Below, in pieces: positions 16,871 through 26,389 of a DNA stretch of 54,005 nt. Location of the stretch: positions 1-54,005 of the IMG/VR virus record IMGVR_UViG_3300035135_002245. One strand, 5' to 3'. Numbering within the stretch: the first letter of the stretch is position 1; every line of letters starts with the position of its first letter. The stretch is from a virus. Lineage: Duplodnaviria; Caudoviricetes. The position numbers and the translations under genes were made by a program. Under the pieces are notes generated by a model that did not search any database, was not told where the DNA came from, and saw only the letters and a program-made list of their open reading frames with translations.

Positions 16871-17520
16871 TTATCTTTATTTTGAAAATGATTTATCCAA
16901 TTTTTTAAATCTTGTTTTTTTATCTCATCTAATTCAGGTAAATCACAAGTGGTACTCATATCAGTTTCACACCTATATCCTCTGAGTATTGATTTCTTAC
17001 ATGGATTACATTCTTTAATAAAATTATCTCCATACCATACAATCATATCTTCTGGTATTGGAATCCAATGTGATTTTTTTAAGAAAAGTAATGATGCCCA
17101 TCCACAATCATCCATACCTGATTTCCAATCTTGTATGTATGGATTTCCTTCGTATGTAAATGGAATTCCATCAAACCCATCCCAATTTCCTTGTGACATC
17201 CCAATTATACCATGTCTTTCAAACACTTCATCACTCAACATAGATAATATCTTTGTGTCAAAATTAACATCATCATTAACTATTATCAAGAATTCATTCT
17301 TTGATAACTCTACTCCTTTATTCCATGCTGGATTACAACCTGTATTTTTACCTTCACATATATAGTTTAATTTTGGATTCGGTTTAATACTTGGTTCTGT
17401 TTTACCAGAGTTATCAATTACAATAACTTCATCAACAAATTTTGAATTTAGTAAACTATCTACAAGATTAAAAAATCTATAAGATTTTAACATCGTTGGA
17501 ACTATTGCTGTATATTTCAT
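16858..17520 (-). CDS. GT2-family glycosyltransferase
   Basis: IVPT, EVIVIDNS, NPAWNKG, IVNDDV and WYGD motifs. Confidence 0.85.
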   Translation of the reverse strand: MKYTAIVPTMLKSYRFFNLVDSLLNSKFVDEVIVIDNSGKTEPSIKPNPKLNYICEGKNTGCNPAWNKGVELSKNEFLIIVNDDVNFDTKILSMLSDEVFERHGIIGMSQGNWDGFDGIPFTYEGNPYIQDWKSGMDDCGWASLLFLKKSHWIPIPEDMIVWYGDNFIKECNPCKKSILRGYRCETDMSTTCDLPELDEIKKQDLKNWINHFQNKDKWKS

Positions 17521-18149
17521 ACTTTAATTATTTCATGGTCTGTTCCTACTACGTTTAACATAGTGTATTTGTGTACCTTGTAATATTCCCAAAGATTCCA
17601 ATCACCTTTTGGTTCATAAAGTTCTGATTCACCTCTTTGAATTATAGTACATCCAAAATCATCATCAATTGTTGTAATCTGTAAATCATTTCTTGTTGTT
17701 CTAAGTTTTACTATTGCTTTCCATACATCACCATTCCATATCCCATCTGGTATTTTACCACCATTTTCATCAATTCTTATAGCATGTGATTCTTCTGATG
17801 GTAAACAATCATGACAAACAATACTACCACCCTCTGACAAGTGTTTTAATGAGTTCTCTACATCTTTTAGAACTTGTTCGTTATGATGTAACCCGTCAAT
17901 AAAAATAATATCGTATTTAACCTCTGTATCTTTTACTGATTCAAAATATTCATCTGATGTTCCTACAAAATCAATATCATCAGTCCAATCATAACTTCCA
18001 CCAAATTGTTTTGGATTTGGTTCTATACAGAACTTTGAATCACAAGTTACTTGATTAAAATTTGATGCTGGATTTTGTGTTCCAACTTCTAAATAAGATT
18101 TATAATTGTGTTTCTGAATTAACTTATTTATAATATCATATCTCCTCAT
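17517..18149 (-). CDS. Class I SAM-dependent methyltransferase (Methyltransf_24-like)
   Basis: YLEVG, YDIIFIDGLH and GGSIVCHD motifs. Confidence 0.85.
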   Translation of the reverse strand: MRRYDIINKLIQKHNYKSYLEVGTQNPASNFNQVTCDSKFCIEPNPKQFGGSYDWTDDIDFVGTSDEYFESVKDTEVKYDIIFIDGLHHNEQVLKDVENSLKHLSEGGSIVCHDCLPSEESHAIRIDENGGKIPDGIWNGDVWKAIVKLRTTRNDLQITTIDDDFGCTIIQRGESELYEPKGDWNLWEYYKVHKYTMLNVVGTDHEIIKV

Positions 18150-19026
18150 TCTTAAACTCTTTATATTTGTTAATTATAAACTCTACTCTTTGTTTTTGTG
18201 TGTGATTTTCTAAAACCTTTTTAAATCCATTGTTTGCAATTCTTTCTCTTTCCTCTTCATTCTCTCTATAATAATTTATCTTTTCAACACAATCAAATAT
18301 ATCATCATAGTAAACGATATCCTCACCATCAACAAATAACTCATCTAATTTTTTAGATTTTTCTAATCTATCACATATAACCATCTTACCACAAGCCATA
18401 CCTTCAAAGATTCTACGAGTAATTTCTCCCCATCTACTGTTTTGAATAACCATCAATCCTTGATTTAAAAAATCAGTATGTTCTTCTGGCCCCATTCCAT
18501 TCTTATTTCCAATAGTACCTTGACCATGTTCTGTAATCCCATCTAATAGTTGTGAACTTCCCATCCCTCTACTCGTTACTGCAACATATTTTGGTTTTTG
18601 TGGTATTGGGAACTGAGTTCTTGTATCAGCAAAATGTGTCCACCAATAAGCATCTCTATCTCTTTTTTTATATTCTTCAGTTGCATCTGAATCAGGTGAT
18701 AGTGTGATGTGAAATCTTTCTGATTTAGGAAAGTTTCTCTCAAAGTTTTGTGGGTCATCTCCACTCTCTTGTACCCAAAACGCATCTACTAAATTTTTAT
18801 CTAAAAGAGGTGAATCAAATCTACCCCAATCCATAAACAAAACAATATCTGTTTTTGGTTTTGAATCTATCCATTTTTTTAATTCTACATCATTCCAATT
18901 CTGTAATCTATTAGAACCTATGGATACAAACTCTACTTCCCAACCTTTATCCTCAAACTCATAAGCTAGAGATAATGGTGTTGACCACTCTTCATTTTCA
19001 TATGCATATATAAATGTTACTTTCAT
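18136..19026 (-). CDS. GT-B glycosyltransferase (CgeB / Glyco_trans_1_2-like)
   Basis: RRIFEGMACG, LFVDGEDIVYY and ERERIANNG...HT..QR motifs. Confidence 0.8.
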   Translation of the reverse strand: MKVTFIYAYENEEWSTPLSLAYEFEDKGWEVEFVSIGSNRLQNWNDVELKKWIDSKPKTDIVLFMDWGRFDSPLLDKNLVDAFWVQESGDDPQNFERNFPKSERFHITLSPDSDATEEYKKRDRDAYWWTHFADTRTQFPIPQKPKYVAVTSRGMGSSQLLDGITEHGQGTIGNKNGMGPEEHTDFLNQGLMVIQNSRWGEITRRIFEGMACGKMVICDRLEKSKKLDELFVDGEDIVYYDDIFDCVEKINYYRENEEERERIANNGFKKVLENHTQKQRVEFIINKYKEFKNEEI

Positions 19027-19853
19027 ACTACTGCTCTACCTTTCATGTTTTCCCAATCGCGATTCTTTCTGATTTCATCATTTGTAGTTTTAGTTGCTTT
19101 TAAAACATTGTTTGTAGTACCAAACTTATCAGTTATATGGAGAAGTGCAGATAAATCTTTTGGGAAACAATGTCCACCGAATCCAAAATCACCATCGTGA
19201 CCAGGAACTTGCCAATGGGATGTCCCTAACCTTTTATCAAGTGTTGCGTATTCCATAACCTTATCATAATCTGCACCCACTACTCCACATAATTGATATA
19301 TTTCATTTGCAAATGAAACCTTTGTTGAAAGGAAAGCATTTGTTGTATATTTCACCATCTCTGCATATGTTGAGTTGGTTTTTATAATCTTTGCATTAGG
19401 AAATACCTTTGAAAATACTCTTTTCAAATTTGTAGAGGATGGTCTAGGCCCTCCTAATATAATTCTATCTTGATTTTCATAATCAGATACAGCATTTGCC
19501 TCAGTAAGAAACTCTGGATTAAATACAATTTCTAATGATTCATATTTTTTATTCCATCTTTCTGTTGTACCTGGTGGTACTGTTGATTTAACAACTACTG
19601 TTTTTACTGTTTCTTGATTATCTGCAATCAAATCTATATTTTCTAGTTCTTGTTCTATGATATCTACATTACAACTACCATCTTTATTCATTGGTGTTGG
19701 TAGACAAAGAAATAGATAAGGTTGATGAATTACATTTTCTTTTGTATCATTAGATTTTTCTTCATCTAAATCATAAGTGTGTACTTCATAATACTTTTTA
19801 AACTTCTGATAAACAGCGTTCCCTACAAATCCTTGTCCTATAATTCCTATCAT
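19023..19853 (-). CDS. UDP-glucose/GDP-mannose dehydrogenase family protein (short form)
   Basis: GIIGQGFVG, CLPTP, KSTVPPGT, FNPEFL, EMVKY and catalytic GFGGHCFPKD; 276 aa. Confidence 0.9.
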   Translation of the reverse strand: MIGIIGQGFVGNAVYQKFKKYYEVHTYDLDEEKSNDTKENVIHQPYLFLCLPTPMNKDGSCNVDIIEQELENIDLIADNQETVKTVVVKSTVPPGTTERWNKKYESLEIVFNPEFLTEANAVSDYENQDRIILGGPRPSSTNLKRVFSKVFPNAKIIKTNSTYAEMVKYTTNAFLSTKVSFANEIYQLCGVVGADYDKVMEYATLDKRLGTSHWQVPGHDGDFGFGGHCFPKDLSALLHITDKFGTTNNVLKATKTTNDEIRKNRDWENMKGRAVV

Positions 19854-20479
19854 ATCGTTTCGTAAAATTCGTTTTGTTCTTCTTGTCTTTTAATTTGTTT
19901 ATGATGATACAAACAGTAGTTTTCATCTGCTGGAAAGTTTGAGAAAGTATCATAACCTGTAATTCTTTCATGAACTTTATTCATCCAATTTATATCATCG
20001 GTATTTTTATAAATCCTTGTTTGATAATCAGGCCAATTTACTCTTCCTTTTTCATCAACATTCCATCTCCATTTTTGAATATGTTCATCTGTTAATCCTT
20101 CAACTGTATTTACTCTTGGTAAATAAATCAAATCAACAGCATTTGATTCTAATATTTCATGTAAGTTATCCAATAAAAACTCGTTTGGTACTTCATCAGC
20201 ATCAATTTGAAATATATAATCTCCTTTACAATGTGATTTAAGATTGTTTTTATAAGATGCAAAATCTTTGTTTAAAGGAAACCCTATAACTTTTACTTTA
20301 TCTTTATGCATATTCTTCATGATGTTAAGGTATTCCATAACTACATCTGTTACTGAACCCTCATCATATTGAATTACAATCTCATCATCTTCTCTTAACT
20401 TTTCTTTAAGAGTATCTACTAAAACTGCTATTTCTGTAATCTCATTACAGACCGTAACTCCATAACTAATCGATATCAT
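19850..20479 (-). CDS. GT2-family glycosyltransferase
   Basis: DFASYKN, YIFQIDADE, WPDYQTRI and VHE motifs. Confidence 0.85.
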   Translation of the reverse strand: MISISYGVTVCNEITEIAVLVDTLKEKLREDDEIVIQYDEGSVTDVVMEYLNIMKNMHKDKVKVIGFPLNKDFASYKNNLKSHCKGDYIFQIDADEVPNEFLLDNLHEILESNAVDLIYLPRVNTVEGLTDEHIQKWRWNVDEKGRVNWPDYQTRIYKNTDDINWMNKVHERITGYDTFSNFPADENYCLYHHKQIKRQEEQNEFYETI

Positions 20480-20996
20480 CGTCTTTTATTTCTTGGTTTA
20501 TAATATCTTTCTTTTCTTGTCTTGATTGACCTGGTTTGAAGTATTGTTTAAGAACATCCTTTTGTAAAAAAACTTCTGAAATATATGTTATTGAATCCAA
20601 AGTATATGTTCTATAATTTTTACTATAAACTTTTGGTGAACTTTTTAACAACTTGTAAACTTGCTTTCCATCATCTGTTTTAATGTTACCAAAGTTTTTT
20701 AATACTTCATCTAAATGAAGTGCATCATCAATACTTTTTCTTTTATCTTTTAACTTAGTTAAAAACGATAAAAACTCTCTAGGATGTACTGAATTTAATT
20801 TTACTCCATGAAGTTGATTAGCAACTGCACCAAATATAAAAACATATGATGCATTACCACCTGCTAAATTTTTTGATTTACCATCTGCATATTTGTACTG
20901 AGAAATCTTATATAAATTTCTCAATCTAATATTAGATTTACCTACTCTGTTTTCGTTTTCTATTATCTTTTTATATGCAAGAAATTGTGTATCCAT
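20466..20996 (-). CDS. Hypothetical protein (weak resemblance to T4 gp2-like DNA end-protector family)
   Basis: Basic 176 aa ORF with LHGVKLN and NYRTY patterns; the family call is tentative. Confidence 0.5.
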   Translation of the reverse strand: MDTQFLAYKKIIENENRVGKSNIRLRNLYKISQYKYADGKSKNLAGGNASYVFIFGAVANQLHGVKLNSVHPREFLSFLTKLKDKRKSIDDALHLDEVLKNFGNIKTDDGKQVYKLLKSSPKVYSKNYRTYTLDSITYISEVFLQKDVLKQYFKPGQSRQEKKDIINQEIKDDDID

Positions 20997-22261
20997 TATA
21001 ATTTTTTAATGGTTGGTAATTTCAATTCAACTTTTTGAGGAGTTTTTATATTTAGTTTATTCATTATCTCTAAAAACATTTCATCCATTCTTTTTAGTGA
21101 AAAGAATTTTCTTGTGTTTATTTTTAGATTTGCTGATTTAGTTTGGTGTGATTTATAATTGTTGTAAACATCAAAAATCTTTTTTGCAGCATCTGAATAA
21201 TCTACTGAAAACCATTGTGCTTCTTTTAACAAGAAATCATTTGAGGCACTTTCATGAACATTAGTTAATTTTCCATCAATATAAGTTGTATATTTTTCTG
21301 GTAAGAAATCAGTATGTCCACTCCACTTAGAAACAATAATTGGTTTACCTGTAAGTGTAAACTCACAAAGTGGTCTACCATATCCTTCTCCTTTTGTAAA
21401 TGATAACATAGCTTTTACTTTTGGATGATGGTATAATGATGCCATTTCTTCATCTTTTAAATCTCCAAACAATAAATAAATTGGTGGACATTTATCACCA
21501 AATTCTTTTGTAATATCTTTAATCTTTTTAGATATACTTTCTCTATCCATTACAGAAAATCCTGCAGTAGATGTTTTTAAAATAAGACCTGGTTGTTGAT
21601 TCTTTGGTAATCCTTTAAAAACAGTACAGAACGTTTTAATTGTCATTCCAACATCTTTTCTATCTTGTCCTAAATCTCCACTCAACCAATGTCCAACAAC
21701 TAAATAATTGAAATCTGTTTCAATACCTTCTAAGAAGTTTTCAATCTTTGGTGGTGTTTGATATAATTGTAATTCAACACCTTCTGGTAAAACTTCTATT
21801 GGTTTTTCAATTCTATGTTGTTTTATTAATTGTTTTGTCTGTTTATGAGTTTCATCCCATGATGTTGTTTGTAAAGTATGTTTGGTAAACTTAGAAGGAA
21901 CTAAAATTAAATCCATACGATTACATCCATCTACAAAAGATTTAGGTGCAACTGTTGTTTCTACTCCAGCAGTAATACCAATGTTATATTTACCAATTGG
22001 CCTGAATTCGTTTGCAACTGTAACTTGTACATATACATCAGGTTGTTTATCTATATTAGTAACTACATTCTTTAGTATTTGTTGTCCAAGTTCTGTTTGT
22101 GGATTTATTTGATTCTGTGGAGTATTTCCCCATCTTGTAGGTATAACTTTAATATCAAATTTATCCATTTTAAAAAGAGATGCTAACAAATCTCTTGAAT
22201 GGTCACCATAACCACTTCTTGTGGCAACTGGTCCTTGAAATAATAAAAATGGTTTACTCAT
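20996..22261 (-). CDS. GT-B (GT4-like) glycosyltransferase
   Basis: RSGYG, DRKDVG, TKGEGYGRPLCE and WSGHTDF motifs. Confidence 0.85.
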   Translation of the reverse strand: MSKPFLLFQGPVATRSGYGDHSRDLLASLFKMDKFDIKVIPTRWGNTPQNQINPQTELGQQILKNVVTNIDKQPDVYVQVTVANEFRPIGKYNIGITAGVETTVAPKSFVDGCNRMDLILVPSKFTKHTLQTTSWDETHKQTKQLIKQHRIEKPIEVLPEGVELQLYQTPPKIENFLEGIETDFNYLVVGHWLSGDLGQDRKDVGMTIKTFCTVFKGLPKNQQPGLILKTSTAGFSVMDRESISKKIKDITKEFGDKCPPIYLLFGDLKDEEMASLYHHPKVKAMLSFTKGEGYGRPLCEFTLTGKPIIVSKWSGHTDFLPEKYTTYIDGKLTNVHESASNDFLLKEAQWFSVDYSDAAKKIFDVYNNYKSHQTKSANLKINTRKFFSLKRMDEMFLEIMNKLNIKTPQKVELKLPTIKKL

Positions 22262-23649
22262 TATCTTAATTTATATAATTTATATCTTTCTTTTGGTTTG
22301 AAGTTTTCAATTGCCTTCTCAATTCCATCTGCCATACATTTATTTTGGTTCTTGGCGTTTAATCCAAGTTCACCTATAAATGCCTCTCTACCTTTTAATC
22401 CTGCCTCTTTTCTTTGTTTTGGTGTTTTATCATACCAATACTTAATTGCATCTGCAACATCTTCAACATCAACCTTATCATCAATGATGTATGGAGTTGG
22501 AACAGAACCTGTCATTGTTTGAACTCTTGGCCATACTGGTTTTACCCACTCACCATGAGTTACTTTATCTTCCCATTCTCTCCAATTATGAAGTGAACCA
22601 ATTTGTTTGTAATCTTCAGCAGTAAATAATTTACCATCTGATTTCTTTCTTAATCCACATTGGTCTTGTAATCCACCAGTCACATTGATAACTGCAGGTG
22701 TTCCTGCCATGATTGATTCTGCAGTTGTTAATCCGAATCCTTCGTTACCTGCAATATTGATTGTACAATCTGCTATATTATAAATGTAATTAAGTTTTTC
22801 TTGGTCTACCCTATCAGTTGAAAAGATAATTTTAGCATTTGGTGCAATTCTTTCAGCAACTGCTGGTAAATCTGTACCATTCCCATCGACAGGATTTGTA
22901 TGCATAATCAAACATACTTTATCTCTTTTTTCTTCAGGTAGTTTCTGTCTGAACTTTTCGAATGCCCATATAACATCAGATGGTTGTTTTCTTCTGATAT
23001 TTCTATTCATCCAAAATAGAACGAAATCCCAATCTTCACCCATCGTTACTCTTTCTTTAAACTCTTGTGGTACATTATCAACTGGTTTATAAGTATTTTC
23101 ATTGATACCATGTGGTACATAATCTACTTGCCAATCTTCTAATGGTTTACTTGTATCAGTTTGTATTTTACCAACTCTACTTACGATACCATAAGTTTGT
23201 CTTGAAATACATCCTAACCAATCACAACTTTCATAGTAATTTCTATTATAGTGAGGGTCTGGTAAATCATCCCAAATGTGATAAAACAGAATCGGAATGT
23301 TTTCTCTAACTTCTGCTTCTATTTCATATAACCATCTCCAATATCTTGGGTCTGTAAAGTGTAGGATTGCATCAGGTTGATGTCTCATGATTAATTGTCT
23401 AAGGATATTTGCATCTCCATATCCAGTCCAAGGCACTATTTTTAGTGAAGCATCTTTTACTCCACTTACTTTTCTAGCATCCTCACCCAAATCAATTTCT
23501 TTTCCTTGGTCTGGATGTTTTATTGCTGCACCTAATTGAACCCAATCGAATCTATCCATTGTACCATTTACAAATTCCTTTGAAACAGTAGCGATACCAG
23601 ATGTCATTCTCAGGTCATCTGATAATAGTAGAATTTTCTTCTTTGCCAT
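22261..23649 (-). CDS. GT-B (GT4-like) glycosyltransferase
   Basis: SGIA, VPHGIN, NRNIRRK, NEGFGLTTAES and TGGLQDQ motifs. Confidence 0.88.
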   Translation of the reverse strand: MAKKKILLLSDDLRMTSGIATVSKEFVNGTMDRFDWVQLGAAIKHPDQGKEIDLGEDARKVSGVKDASLKIVPWTGYGDANILRQLIMRHQPDAILHFTDPRYWRWLYEIEAEVRENIPILFYHIWDDLPDPHYNRNYYESCDWLGCISRQTYGIVSRVGKIQTDTSKPLEDWQVDYVPHGINENTYKPVDNVPQEFKERVTMGEDWDFVLFWMNRNIRRKQPSDVIWAFEKFRQKLPEEKRDKVCLIMHTNPVDGNGTDLPAVAERIAPNAKIIFSTDRVDQEKLNYIYNIADCTINIAGNEGFGLTTAESIMAGTPAVINVTGGLQDQCGLRKKSDGKLFTAEDYKQIGSLHNWREWEDKVTHGEWVKPVWPRVQTMTGSVPTPYIIDDKVDVEDVADAIKYWYDKTPKQRKEAGLKGREAFIGELGLNAKNQNKCMADGIEKAIENFKPKERYKLYKLR

Positions 23650-23660
23650 TAATTGTTATT

Positions 23661-23798
23661 TTAAATTGTTCTAAATCTTCTTGAGGAATTCCAATATACT
23701 CTTGGTGTATTACCTAAAAACTTTTTACGATGTGTTCTATCATTAAGTTCTTCACGAGCTTGATTTAATTGTGTATTACCGTTATCTTGTTTGTTCAT
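23661..23798 (-). CDS. 45 aa hypothetical protein
   Basis: Manual translation MNKQDNGNTQLNQAREELNDRTHRKKFLGNTPRVYWNSSRRFRTI*; fills the gap between two genes. Confidence 0.5.
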   Translation of the reverse strand: MNKQDNGNTQLNQAREELNDRTHRKKFLGNTPRVYWNSSRRFRTI

Positions 23799-23800
23799 AG

Positions 23801-23995
23801 TTAAAATTGAGAACCACTCTCATTTAAGTTGTTGTAGTCATTAATTTCGTTTCTATAATCTTCTTCTTCAACATATTTGTTTAAAGAACGATTTACTAAT
23901 TTTTGTAAAGTTATATTTGAATCAAATGATATTTTCTTAAATTTTGAATATACATCTGTCAATATCTTTACAGTTGTTAATTTAGTTTTTGCCAT
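23801..23995 (-). CDS. Ribbon-helix-helix-like small DNA-binding protein
   Basis: KLTTVKI strand followed by two helices (VYSKFKK; LQKLVNRSLNKY); upstream AGGAG. Confidence 0.55.
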   Translation of the reverse strand: MAKTKLTTVKILTDVYSKFKKISFDSNITLQKLVNRSLNKYVEEEDYRNEINDYNNLNESGSQF

Positions 23996-24048
23996 AACTC
24001 TCCTAATTTATGTTTGTATATAAATATATATAAATCAGAAAAACATAA

Positions 24049-24909
24049 CTATTTCCAGGCAGAACATAATCCTCTTTGTTTAAACTCACACCAATCACAT
24101 GGTTTACCCTTGTTAGTGAAGTAATCAACATCAAGTTTATGTTTACCATCTTTATCGAATACTGTTTCAATAAAGTTCATGAACCCATTCCAAGCTTTGT
24201 TAATGGATGGTTTGCCATTTGCTGGAACATGAGTTGATATACGAGGTATAGGAAAATCCCAATCCTCGTTTATTTTTCTTTTTAGTATTTGAAACTCCAC
24301 TTTTATTTTATCCATAGGGAGTCCATACTTATCTGAATATATTTTTTTGTATAAAAGTATTTGTGAATTTTTTATTGGGTCTCTCTTCTGATATTTGTTC
24401 CAACCTCTTGTTGATGTTTTTAAATCAATGATAGTAATTGAATTATCATGTAAATCTCTAAGTATCACATCAACAAATCCAATGAAGTGTACGTTTGGTT
24501 TAATCTCAGCGTTTAGAGGTAACTCGATTGCCTCTAACTTATATCCTTTCTTAGAATACCATTTGGCCAATTTAGATTTAAAGAACTTTAGAATTTGTCT
24601 ACCATCACCAAAGAATTCTTCTAACTCTACTTGTGTACAAGGTAATCTTTCACCTTGTTTTTCTTTTTCTTTTTTAAACTCTTCAACTAATTTATCTTTC
24701 AACAACAAATCTAAATCAATCTCCATTGCCTGTTTCTTTGTAACATTGTACATCACATCCAAAAAGTGTTGAATGGTTTCGTGCATTGCAGAACCAAAGA
24801 TTGTGTGAATGTTACCTGAACTTTCACCTAATTTATCGATATAATTTAGTTTGTATTGTTGTGGACAAGAACTCCACATATTGTATTGTGAGAATGATAC
24901 TCTACCCAT
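24049..24909 (-). CDS. PD-(D/E)xK nuclease, Cas4/RecB-like, with four conserved Cys
   Basis: SFSQY...CP, GSAMH, GFVD, IIDLKTS, QxxxY and CDWCEFKQRGLC motifs. Confidence 0.85.
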   Translation of the reverse strand: MGRVSFSQYNMWSSCPQQYKLNYIDKLGESSGNIHTIFGSAMHETIQHFLDVMYNVTKKQAMEIDLDLLLKDKLVEEFKKEKEKQGERLPCTQVELEEFFGDGRQILKFFKSKLAKWYSKKGYKLEAIELPLNAEIKPNVHFIGFVDVILRDLHDNSITIIDLKTSTRGWNKYQKRDPIKNSQILLYKKIYSDKYGLPMDKIKVEFQILKRKINEDWDFPIPRISTHVPANGKPSINKAWNGFMNFIETVFDKDGKHKLDVDYFTNKGKPCDWCEFKQRGLCSAWK

Positions 24910-24925
24910 AATTTAATTTTACTAA

Positions 24926-24958
24926 GCTAATATAAGAAAAATAATTGACAAATCCAAA
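24926..24958 (-). promoter_or_regulatory. Bacteroidota-type promoter, copy 2
   Basis: Minus strand tttggatttgtcaattatttttcttatattagc (TTTG...TATATTAG). Confidence 0.7.
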
Positions 24959-26302
24959 TTATAATAGATTTTTTTTGTCTCTATTTTGTCTCCATTCATA
25001 CGAACCTATTTTTGGTTTAAGTTGTTCAACTTTTATTCCAGTCGTTGAGGTCATATCAGTTCCCCTTAAAGAATCTAATCTTCTATTTTCACTAAAGAAT
25101 TCTCTCTGAGTTTCTCCATAGGATGTATCAACTTTTGTAAATTCAATCATAGATTGTATTTTATTTAATGTCAAAGGTTCTTTAAATTTAGTTAATAATG
25201 ATTCTAAATAATTTATAACTTTAACCTTTTCATCTTTTGGTAATGATTTTAATGCAGAACGAGATGGTGCCCATGCATAATAGAAATCAATATTTCTTTC
25301 ATTTTCAATGTATCCACTATCCATCATAAACTGATAGAAATCCCAAATGTGATATACATTATAAACTGTTGTTGTGTATTGAAAATTATAATTGTATCCT
25401 AAAGAAGTTGTAGAAGTGTCACCTGGTTTAAAATACTTTCTAATTTTTTGTAGATTTTTTAAGAATACATCTGTTTTAAAACCTGTTCTTTGGTATTCAC
25501 CAATTTTACCAATCCCATCACAAGAAATTGATAAGAATATTTTAGCAAAATCAAACCAAATATCTAAGAAGTTATATTTTTCAAATTTTAGAATTGATAA
25601 ATTTGTATTATAATGTATGGATATATTCTTTTTTTGTTCACCCCATAAATCTTCAAATGGAGTTATTGTGTGTAAGTGATTCAGAAGTTCTGCGTGTTCT
25701 GGTGTTATTAATGGTTCACCACCAGCAAAATACCAACTCTTTACATTTTCAAGATGTGGTTTTAATTCTGAAACTATTCCCTCTTTAACCTTGATTACTT
25801 TACTTGGATTTTCTTTTTTCCAATATTCAACATATTGTTGTTCTTCAATTTTGTTTGTTGGACTACTATGTTCTACAAGTGGTTGTTCTTTATACCACTC
25901 AGATGAGAATGTATGATTACACATTCTACATTTGAAATTACATAGGTTTGAAAATCTTATATCAATATGTTGTAATGCAGTTGTTGGAACAGAATAATCT
26001 TCACCAACCTCTGGCATTTTCCATAATGTATTTTTATTGAAATCATTTCTTGGTGATATCTCTCCTCTATCTTCTCTTTCATAACATACATTACAAACAG
26101 AATTTCTAGTACCCTCACTCATATCTTTTCTGAGTTGTCTCATTTGAGGTGAGTTTATAACTTCTTCAACTGATTTATTTCTTAAACTCAGTTCTTCTTT
26201 AAACTCTCCACCAATACAACATGGTTTAACTAAACCCGTAGGTTCAGCATATAAATGAATATATGGTAATATACAATGTGTATCTTTAGATTTCTGTTTC
26301 AT
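24959..26302 (-). CDS. Radical SAM protein with N-terminal SPASM/twitch-like domain
   Basis: CNFKCRMC motif, AGGEP, N-terminal C..P....PCC...CNVC. Start moved to ATG 26302 because the track's longer start lies inside a hairpin. Confidence 0.88.
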   Translation of the reverse strand: MKQKSKDTHCILPYIHLYAEPTGLVKPCCIGGEFKEELSLRNKSVEEVINSPQMRQLRKDMSEGTRNSVCNVCYEREDRGEISPRNDFNKNTLWKMPEVGEDYSVPTTALQHIDIRFSNLCNFKCRMCNHTFSSEWYKEQPLVEHSSPTNKIEEQQYVEYWKKENPSKVIKVKEGIVSELKPHLENVKSWYFAGGEPLITPEHAELLNHLHTITPFEDLWGEQKKNISIHYNTNLSILKFEKYNFLDIWFDFAKIFLSISCDGIGKIGEYQRTGFKTDVFLKNLQKIRKYFKPGDTSTTSLGYNYNFQYTTTVYNVYHIWDFYQFMMDSGYIENERNIDFYYAWAPSRSALKSLPKDEKVKVINYLESLLTKFKEPLTLNKIQSMIEFTKVDTSYGETQREFFSENRRLDSLRGTDMTSTTGIKVEQLKPKIGSYEWRQNRDKKNLL

Positions 26303-26314
26303 TGAGAGATATAT

Positions 26315-26381
26315 AAAAAAATGAAGGTGGGAAAGTACTTCAGACAGCAATGACTTTTTCCAAGACCCACCTTTATTTTTA
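26315..26381 (-). terminator. Long-loop hairpin with U-tract after the TonB receptor gene
   Basis: Minus strand aaaaataaaggtggg-(34 nt)-cccaccttcattttttt. Confidence 0.5.
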
Positions 26382-26389
26382 TAAGTAGT

